A stretch of DNA of 33,468 nucleotides from Octopus sinensis (taxonomy: Eukaryota), in assembly GCF_006345805.1 (NCBI RefSeq), contig NW_021832041.1:1-33468 (forward strand), given 5' to 3'. Shown one piece after another: positions 24,864 through 33,468 of this stretch. Position numbers and translations under genes: made by a program. Below the pieces are notes generated by a model that worked only from the letters and a program-made list of their open reading frames with translations, was not told the DNA's origin and did no database searches. How positions within the stretch are numbered: the stretch's first letter is position 1; the number at the start of each line of letters is the position of its first letter.

Positions 24864-24993
24864 CGTCAATCAGTTAGTCGTCAGAGTTTCAGATGCCGGG
24901 CCTAAAGGACATCCTCCTAATAACCAAGGAGGATGTCTTTTAGCCCCGGCATCTGAAACTCTGAGTATAATTATGGCAACTAACTGACTGCCT
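24864..24993. repeat. 130-bp foldback palindrome (38-bp near-perfect inner stem)
   Basis: 24881-24918 pairs with 24927-24964 (36/38, one difference wobble-compatible) around an 8-nt loop. The outer 17-bp arms 24864-24880 and 24977-24993 match 13/17. TA lies on both flanks. Confidence 0.92.
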
Positions 24994-25077
24994 TATATTA
25001 TATATTTATAGATGAATTCCTCTATCTACATAATATCGAGGTCTCATACATTCTTTTGTTGTCATATTATTATTATT

Positions 25078-25172
<95 letters not shown>

Positions 25173-25176
<4 letters not shown>

Positions 25177-26118
25177 TATTTTTTTATATCGTGTTTTCAC
25201 TTCACTACCGAGTGCAGCTCTGTGTGCCTTGGGTATGTGCTGTGAGTTGTGGTGCTCTGATGGTTACTGTGTTGAAAGTGTTCTGCGTAGGATGTGTGCA
25301 GTGCCTAGTAGTGCAATTTTCTGTATGTTATATGTGTTTGTAAGTCCTGGTGTTTTTGTTATGTATTTGTCTGAATATTTTTTTATCATACCTAATGCAC
25401 CTACTATGATAGGAATTGTTTCTGTTTTTAGATTCCACATTCTAGTTACCTCTATTTCCAGGTCTTTGTATTTTGAAAGCTTCTCTATTTCTTTTAGAGA
25501 CACGTTGTCATATGCTGGTATTGATACATCAATTAGAAAGCATTTTTTTTCTTCCTGATCTCTGACAACTATATCTGGTCTGTTGTATATATAGCCTTTC
25601 TATGTCAGATTTTGGGTGATGCATCCTAGATCCTGTCATTATTTTTCTTGTTTTCCTAGTTAAGGATATTGTAGCTGTAACTTATAACTGGGACAGCTAA
25701 AGTGTTAATAGCTATTATCTTGTTGTTAGCATTGAGCTCTGTTTTTAGTATTGATCTAACTCGTCTATAATATTCTTTTTTTAATTTCTCTTTCATTTGT
25801 GTGTGTTGTGTCTTATCTAGTTCATGGATTTCTAAGTATTTGTAAGTTTGGCTTTGGTCTAATTCTTTTATTTCATTGGTTTTATCTAGTGTGATGTTAC
25901 TACTCTTAACTAGTTTTCCTCTTTTCAGGGTTACTTTGGCGCATTTTTCTAATCTAAATTTCATATCTATTTCTTTGATAAATCCATGAACTGTCATTAG
26001 TAGTGTTTCCAGCTGTTTGTCATTTGCAGCATATAGTTTTAGATCATCCATATATAAAAGGTGGCTAATCGTTTTGCCGTAACATTTATATCCGCATCCA
26101 GTACTATTTAGCATATCA
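25173..26118 (-). mobile_element. R4/Dong-type RLE LINE, 5'-truncated and internally deleted, inserted in (TAA)n
   Basis: SHLLYMDDLKLYA, EKCAKV, YKYL, MHHPKSDIERLY, then NRPDIV...LIDVSIP...EKLSKYKDL...PIIVGALG (restriction-like endonuclease). It has an (AAT)n tail at 25068-25172 and (ATT)n at 26119-26302. Confidence 0.93.
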
Positions 26119-26119
26119 G

Positions 26120-26166
<47 letters not shown>

Positions 26167-26177
26167 TATTATTATTA

Positions 26178-26304
<127 letters not shown>

Positions 26305-26404
26305 ATATACATATATTTGCACGTTCGACTTATGTGTATATGCATGTATGATTAAACAAATACATACATACACGCGTGCGCACACATATTCGCACGTACA
26401 TATA

Positions 26405-27400
26405 CAAGGTATGATCAATAAATATCCAGACTCTTGCCATAGTAGTGAAGCTAAAGCACTCGGAGTCAAACGGTTTGGCACAGATTGACCTTGAACTCTG
26501 CAGTGCATGTGCACTAAGATTTAACGTTTTAGCGTCCTTCCTCTGTGCATAGCGTGTGATCATCGCATTGACCATGACAGAGAAAGTTAAGCAGAGTATC
26601 TGCAACAAATTTTGCGAAAAGCTTGATGATACCTGCTCAGAGGCCGACGCAAACTTGCAAAAGGTGTATTGAGAGGAGTGTATGAGCTGAAAAAATGTTG
26701 ATATTGACGAACGCTCCGGGAGACTCGAAAGCAGCAGAACTGAGAAAAGCATCGTAGATATGCATGTAGCTGGGAGGGGAAATCGGTGAATCACCATCCG
26801 TGAGTTTCTAGAGGGCGTGCAGATTAGTTACGGTTCAGTTCAGTCCATTATCACTAAAGATCTTGAGTGTGTCGAGAAAAATGAAAACTTTTTGAAAACG
26901 GTCATAACAGATGATGAATCGTGGGTCTATGGCTATTATCCCGAAACAAAGGATCAGTCTTCGCAGTGGAAGAGCTCACCCTCTCCGAGACCGAAGCTAT
27001 GTGGAGACACTGTTGACCGTTTTCTTCGACTAGGATATCATCATGAGTACGCGCCACCCGGTCAGACAGTGAACAAGTGACTTTTTACGGCGTTTGCGGG
27101 ATACTGTTCGTCGGGCAAGAGCTACAGTTGCATGTGTGCGGTGAGAAGCAATTTCACCATGACAACGAACCTGCATATTCAGCGCAGGTTATATAGGTGT
27201 TTTTGCCTAGACATGCACCCCTCAGGTCCGACAGCCACTGTATTCCCCAGATCTCCCCCTTGCGACTTTTTCCTCTTTTCTACTTAAAAAGAAAACTCCA
27301 GGACTTCGAGGAAATTAAAGTGAATGCGACGATGTAGCGGCTGATTATCCAGAAAATGAGTTCCAGGAATGCTTCCTCAATGGAAACAGCACTGGATTAA
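26405..27400 (+). mobile_element. Mariner transposon remnant with 5' TIR and multiply deleted transposase
   Basis: TA|caaggtatgatcaataaatatccagact TIR-like end and ATG at 26574. Motifs: D.ERSGR, ISYGSVQSII, VIT(D)DESWVY, HHEY.PPGQTVN, HHDN.PA, YSPDL.PCDF. The 3' TIR is not seen. Confidence 0.9.
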
Positions 27401-27726
27401 GTATATATACATACACATGTAAACACTCACACGCACGCACGCACGCACGCGCGCACACACACACACACACACTCACACACATACACACATACACACATAT
27501 ATATATACGGAGCAAATGATTCAGAAGAAAATACTTGCGAAGATATTGACTCTATTATTATCTAGTGTAACAATTAAAATGATAATAGCATATATATAGA
27601 AAAGTCCGAATGGCCCGTTCTTGTTTCTTCTTCTCCCCTTTTGTATCGTCTAACTGTCTGGATGTTTTGTAGTCACCTGTTGCGTTCTTGTTCCATTTTT
27701 GTATTCTGTTATATATATATATATAA

Positions 27727-29246
27727 TACTTTCCATGTTGGAAAATAATACTTACTACGAGAAACTAACATATTACAACCCACAGAAAACACTGAAAAAC
27801 TTATCCTCCTTACTCAAAATTCATGGAAAGGGTCTCACTAAACATGAAATAGACTATTTATCCAATTTCAAATACAGTCCTAGTCTATTCTACGGATTAC
27901 CCAAAATACATAAAAATCCACTCATTTGTGAAGCCTGCAAAGTCTCTAGAAGCCTATGCATTAATGTCCCTCCCCCTACTGACCTCAAACTCAGACCCAT
28001 CATAGCTGGCCCTTCTTGTGAAACCCACCGTTTGAGCAACTTCCTCGACATATTACTCAAACCTCTTTTAAAATATGTGAAAAGTTTTATCAGGGATCAC
28101 CTAGACATGCTGAACCCTCCCCCCCGAAGACAGTAAAGGACGGAATACTACTGGTATCTTTCGATGTGGTGAATCTATACACCAATATCCCACACGACTA
28201 TGGTATAGAAGCAATCACATTTTGGCTAGAAAAATACCCAGAAGAGATCCCAGGACGAATTAACCACAATTTTATAATTGAAGCATTGAAATTCGTACTG
28301 CTGAACAATCACTTCTTGTTCGATACTACATACTATCGACAAAAATGCGGTATTGCAATGGGCCCCAGAGCTGCTCCAGTGGTTGCAAACCTCGTAATGG
28401 GTTACCACGAACTCAAGTTATACCAATCATCACTAGAAAAATATGGGGCCTCTTTTAATTGCTACTTAAAGGAGAACTGGAAGAGATATTTAGATGATTG
28501 CTTCATACTTTGGAAAGACAGCATGGATCAACTCCTTGATTTCAAAAGAATGCTCAACAACATACACAGCAATATACAATTCACTATGGAACACAACAGT
28601 AAGCAACTCCCTTTTCTAGACATCTTAATTAGAATAGTTAACAACCACATAGAAAGAGACATCTTTTATAAACCCACAGATTCTAAACAATACCTATTAT
28701 TTAACTCCTGCCACCCCAAACACATAAAAATCAACATACCCTTTAACCTAGCAAAAAGAATCTGCACCATAGTTTCCGATACATACACTCGAGAACATAG
28801 ACTCCTTGAACTTAGATCTACACTAACTAAAAGACATTACCCAATCTCATTAGTAAAAGAAGGCATCAAAAGAACTAAGGAAATAGATATACAAATGTTA
28901 AGGAAAACTAGCTGAAATACTAAACAAGACTTAAAAATACTCCCGTACATTTCCACACATAACCCCAGAAACAACGAAGCCTTCAACATCATCACCCAAA
29001 ACCTTCCTCACGGCAGACAAAACAATGAACGAAATCTTAAGCTCATATAAAATTATAAAAAGCAAAAAGCAATAGAAGTCACTGAAAAAAATATTAACCA
29101 GCGCTAGACTGGCTGTGTGGTAAGTAGCTTGCTAACCAACCACATGGTTCTGGGTTCAATCCCACTGCGTGGCATCTTGGGCAAGTGTCTTCTGCTATAG
29201 AGTGGATTTGGTAGACGGAAACTGAAAGAAGCCTGTCGTATATATG

Positions 29247-29281
<35 letters not shown>

Positions 29282-30060
29282 TTGTGTGTCTGTGTTTGTC
29301 CCCCTAGCATTGCTTGACAACCGATGCTGGTGTGTGTTTACGTCCCCGTCACTTAGCGGTTCGGCAAAAGAGACCGATAGAATAAGTACTGGGCTGACAA
29401 AGAATAAGTCCCGGGGTCGATTTGCTCGACTAAAGGCGGTGCTCCAGCATGGCCGCAGTCAAATGACTGAAACAAGTAAAAGAGTAAAAGAGTATCCACT
29501 AACAACAGAGCCAAAAGTGACAAAATGTGGACGTTCTAACTGTGGAACATGCCCCAGCCTTCTGGAGGGTTCAGAATTCCAATTCAAACAAGGAAAAATA
29601 TTTAAGATCAAATCAAATTTCACCTGCGTAAATGTAATCTATGTCATGACATACATAGGATGTGGTAAACTCTATATTGGACAAACAGGAATTTCTCTCT
29701 GTCAAAGAATCCCCATTCACAAAGAGCAAATCCGCCACCCACAATAAAGACAGTTAAAGGTGAGTGAACACATAGAAAGATGCGCCAGGAATCTTAATCC
29801 CAATTTCCAAATATTTCCCTTTTACCAATGTTCACAGAACACCACAATGCAACAAAGGTTGAATAAAGAGGCATTTTCATCAATAAATTTCTCCCCCAAC
29901 TAAATATGAAAACACAAGTCAATACAGAACACCACTAACCCTTCAATTGAAACCACTAACCCTTATACACTTCCTACACCATTCACATCCCTAAATCCAG
30001 AACTACTTACCTCCCTTGCAAATAATCCAGACCTACTTACCTCCCTTACAAATAATCTTT
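27727..30060 (+). mobile_element. Penelope-like retroelement 3 (Neptune-like Cys linker), long RT plus GIY-YIG, interrupted by a SINE
   Basis: FYGLPKIHK, LRPII, SFDVVNLYTNIP, GIAMG, WKRYLDDCF, LPFLD, KCGRSNCGTC, NVIYVM...LYIGQTG. It has frameshifts and stops. A 30-bp tandem duplication lies at ~29994-30057 in the 3' UTR. Confidence 0.95.
29110..29492 (+). mobile_element. CORE-like tRNA SINE nested in PLE 3
   Basis: tggctgtgtggtaag...ggttctgggttcaatccc...cttgggcaagtgtctt, an internal microsatellite, and tail ggcggtgctccagcatggccgcagtcaaatgactgaaac(agtaaaag)n. The PLE frame resumes after it. Confidence 0.92.
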
Positions 30061-30358
30061 TTTCTCAGGAGCTATTAGACCTGACACCGTATATTAGCCG
30101 GTGTTTTTCAAACGAGGAATAGATTTGCGTAAACCACTGGTTCGTTTTGTTCTCTTACTTTATTATCAACTTATTATCATCTCATAATACTGACTTTTAT
30201 GACTCGTATTACTACCTCAGTGAGTTTAAATGTATATATTTGTCGATACCTGTCATAAATAGCCTTTTTCTATTTGCAATGTGCATTTTCGTTAATTTTT
30301 CATATTTTACCCTTACATTTCCACGTGTATTTTATAATTTCTTTTTATATTATATTTC

Positions 30359-30424
<66 letters not shown>

Positions 30425-30996
30425 TATTATTGAAGTAGATATAGTATATATATATATATATTTATGACATAGCGCGCACCCAAACTGACTAAGGTCTAAG
30501 AAATAAAATGTGAACTAAACCGATATATAGGTCAATCTAGGCATCTGTTGTTTATCGAGGGCCTTTGCCTATTATATTTAACTATCTCCGCGAGATTTAA
30601 CTCATCAAGTTTGAATTTATAAATGCTTTATTGAATGATCTAACATTTTTTACCTTTACTAGCATTTTTTACGTTTCTCATGCATGAATCGTAGTCATTC
30701 AATCACCATTATTTTAGAAGGTTCCAGCATTGTCTTATTTAATTCAGTATCATCGCTGACATACAGAAATTACTGTCGTATTAATAACTGTATCATAACT
30801 AAGAAGAATATGAAGTGTAAATAATATTTATTTTAAGATGGCTTTTATTTCTTTCTTCATTTTGTAACGTCCTTGTAAATGCATAACTTTAAGATCACAT
30901 CAATTATGTATGTATGTATGTATATATACATAAATATATGTGTATATCTATCTACCTACACATACACACACATTCATATATATATATATATATATA

Positions 30997-31630
30997 CCAC
31001 TTTTCTCCTCCTTTGTACGGCCACACCTCGAATACTGCTGCCCACTGTGGTCTCCCCATACAAGACAAAACATCTCGAGGATTGAATCACTCCAGAAGGC
31101 ACTCACTAAACGAATTGAAGGCATGGCTGCTCTCATTATTGGGACTGCCTTAAAGCCTTGAAACTCTACTCTCTCCAGCGTCGCCGTGAGCGGTACATCA
31201 TTTGTACGATGTGGAGAATATACCGCCAACTTTGCCCAAACGACCTGAACATTAGCTTCAAGGTTCATCCAAGACTGGGACCACGGGCCATACGTCCCCT
31301 GCCCAATTCAAGATCACAGCATACATGTACACTGCAACATAATTTCTTTTCCTCAACAGGCCCTGCCCTATTTAACATTGTCCCGAAAGAGATCAAAGAG
31401 GAAAAGGATCCCATCAATTTCAAACGGAGTCTGGATAGATTCCTCCAAGGAATACCAGATAAGCCACCCATAATTGGATACAACTCACCCAACAAAAACT
31501 TACTACTTGAATGGACCATAAACAAAACTTGACTTAAACAGGATTCAGATAATCCTATTAGGTGGTGCTATTAAGTTAGACATGGCCTGGACCAATCTTT
31601 GGTCGAAACATATCTAAGTTTTATCTAAGT
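30997..31630 (+). mobile_element. Second CR1-type LINE family, 5'-truncated 3' end
   Basis: FVRPHLEYCCPLWSP, LYSLQRRRERY, GPALFN, FKRSLDRFLQGIPD.P, then a 3' UTR ending ggtggtgc...catggcc...gaaac(tatctaagtt)2. Confidence 0.92.
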
Positions 31631-31681
<51 letters not shown>

Positions 31682-31683
<2 letters not shown>

Positions 31684-32444
31684 CTTATTAATAAGGACAA
31701 ACGAAAACATTTCTAACCCGGAAATCTGTCCGATATGGTAATAATGGAGCTTTTTAGAAATTTCTGTCGGCTTTTTTTCGAGTAGCATGCGTATTGTGAA
31801 AAAGTATATGGTTAATGGACAATATGTTCAATTTTTCGGCATATTTGGCATTAGAAATGTTTTCGTTTGCCCTTATTTATAAGTTGTTTATAATTTTAAC
31901 CTTGAAAGGCATTTTTTAATATGCTGGCCATTGATAAAGTTTTTTTTCGAAAAAATTTTATCCTATATTAAATATAAATTTAAGTGTTCACTTCCGGAAT
32001 CTCTGACTCTGTGAGAGCCTCAGTTCAAATCGCACGTGTCTTGAATGGGCTGGAGTATTTCTATTTTGGATGTATTTGGGGTACTTAATTGTGCTCATGA
32101 CTTAGTATTTTGCTTCTTCCATGGGTATGAGTAAGTATCTCATTTATTTCTTTACCACGTTTATCACTGACGAAGGGAGGGTTCTTACGAACTAACCCTG
32201 AAATCGGTCCGATATGGTAATAATGGAACTTTTTAGAAATTTCTGTCGGCTTTTTTTCGAGTAGCGTGCGTATTGTGAAAAATTATATGATAATGGACAA
32301 TTTGTCCAATTTTCGGCATATTTGGCATTAGAAATTTTTTCGTTTGCTCTTATTTACAAGTTGTTTATAATTTTAACCTTTAAAGGTATTTTTTAATATG
32401 CTGGCCATTGATAAAATTCTTTTTCGAAAAAATTTTATCCTACA

Positions 32445-32447
<3 letters not shown>
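31682..32447 (+). mobile_element. Family A partial tandem: inverted 35 bp, pLTR copy 2, 190-bp spacer, hammerhead plus pLTR copy 3
   Basis: Direct repeats 31714-31970 and 32193-32447 have a period of 479 nt. 31682-31716 is the reverse complement of 31851-31885. There is no ORF. Confidence 0.85.
32161..32220 (+). ncRNA. Complete type I hammerhead ribozyme
   Basis: TTATCA / CTGACGA / AGGG-ag-GGTTC-ttac-GAACT-aa-CCCT / GAA / ATCG-gtc-CGAT / A / TGGTAA. All core nucleotides and three stems are present. Predicted cleavage is after A32214 (AUA triplet). Confidence 0.85.
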
Positions 32448-32477
<30 letters not shown>

Positions 32478-32484
32478 ACATTTA

Positions 32485-33310
32485 CAGGGTGGGGAAGCAA
32501 AACTTGGAAAATAATACATAATTCACGAAATTGTTTACATTTCAACAACCAGCAACCTGACATAAATATAGTTTTAAAACAAGTATATTGGGGTTATAAA
32601 GAGAGAATTTATTCAATATGCCTGCCTTCATTATCCACCACAACCGTCATACACCAGCTGAAGGCGTCACAACTCTTCATTATGAAGTACTCAAACATGT
32701 TGTCTCACTCTTCCTTCAGGGTTTGCTTAAAATGATCAAGACTGGGATGCGAAGTTACATCGGTAAAATACTCCAATTTGACCCATATGACATAGTCCAG
32801 GGAGTTCAAGTCTTGGCTGGAAGAAAGCTAGAAGTTGACAGGCCAAAAATCGGCGAAATTATCTTCGCAGAATTTCTGCACTTACTTCGCCGTATGAGCA
32901 GGAGAACTATCTTGGGTCCACACATAATTACCGTTGGTATTTAGACTTCAGCTAAGGCAAAACCTTATACCGCTGGACTTCATAATAACCGTCAGCCCTC
33001 ACCTTTTCTTCAGACTTGAAAAAAATGGAGAGGCATCTTTTTTCCGTCAGATGCCACGACTCCCAGTATCATGACTTGAGCTAGGAGGTTGGTCTTAAAG
33101 ACGCCTTTAACTTTAGAAGGTCACTTAGCAATGTATCCATCATTACGACGTTTTAAAACAACATCAAAGGTTAAGATATTTTCATCTGAAAAGATTTTGA
33201 CGGTTTGTCCATTGTGCTTCAGGTATCGCAACATTTTTTTGGCCATGTCATGCCTTTTGGCTTTCATTACATGTCAATAGGTATCACGGGGTTCTCACGT
33301 ATGACCCCAA
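32485..33310 (-). mobile_element. DD37D (maT/Bmmar1-like) transposon 3' part
   Basis: IFSDEK, VMILGVVASDG, VWTQD-(37 residues counted)-D in ...QDLNSLDY. The TIR-like end cagggtggggaagcaaaac follows TA at 32483-32484. Several stops are present. Confidence 0.9.
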
Positions 33311-33385
33311 TGTAAACCTCCAGCCTTCATCAGTGTCTTGGAAAATTTCGAACCTGAGTTTTCATTCTTAAGGTATTTTTCTATG
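33311..33385 (-). mobile_element. PLE pseudo-LTR-like fragment with the 5' half of a hammerhead
   Basis: The minus strand reads caagaca-CTGATGA-A-GGCTG-gaggtttaca and then switches abruptly to maT coding sequence. Confidence 0.5.
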
Positions 33386-33420
33386 TTGTTGTTGTTATTG
33401 TTATTATTATTATATTATTA

Positions 33421-33468
<48 letters not shown>
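33386..33468. repeat. (GTT)/(ATT)n microsatellite
   Basis: Direct reading. Confidence 0.95.

Noticed and set aside
29455-29475. Stem-loop followed by GAAAC in LINE/SINE tails resembling hammerhead stem II plus GAAAC
   Set aside because: No upstream CUGANGA core is present; it is better explained as a LINE 3' recognition structure.

Overview
AT-rich, microsatellite-dense eukaryotic DNA. The repeat families (CORE-like and other tRNA-derived SINEs, CR1-type, RTE and R4/Dong LINEs, Penelope-like elements, mariner/maT) suggest an octopod cephalopod; this is an inference, not a database result. No intact host gene can be supported, and most ORFs in the supplied track are microsatellite or SINE translation artefacts. 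The window is a stack of defective mobile elements: three Penelope-like element (PLE) ORF remnants, two CR1-type LINE 3' fragments plus two smaller pieces, an RTE LINE with a twin-priming 5' inversion, an R4/Dong LINE inside a (TAA)n tract, a mariner, a DD37D (maT) transposon, a decayed hAT whose 3' end is duplicated as a 374-bp inverted repeat, a MITE and about eight SINE copies. The most interesting signal is non-coding. Several small ORF-less repeats carry type I hammerhead ribozyme (HHR) folds: a complete canonical one at 32161-32220 in a 479-nt direct-repeat unit, a near-canonical one at 18114-18187 (minus) in a 427-nt unit, and a core-variant one at 22143-22180. These look like PLE-derived, retrozyme-like non-autonomous elements that could yield small self-cleaved or circular RNAs. 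All folds and alignments were done by eye.
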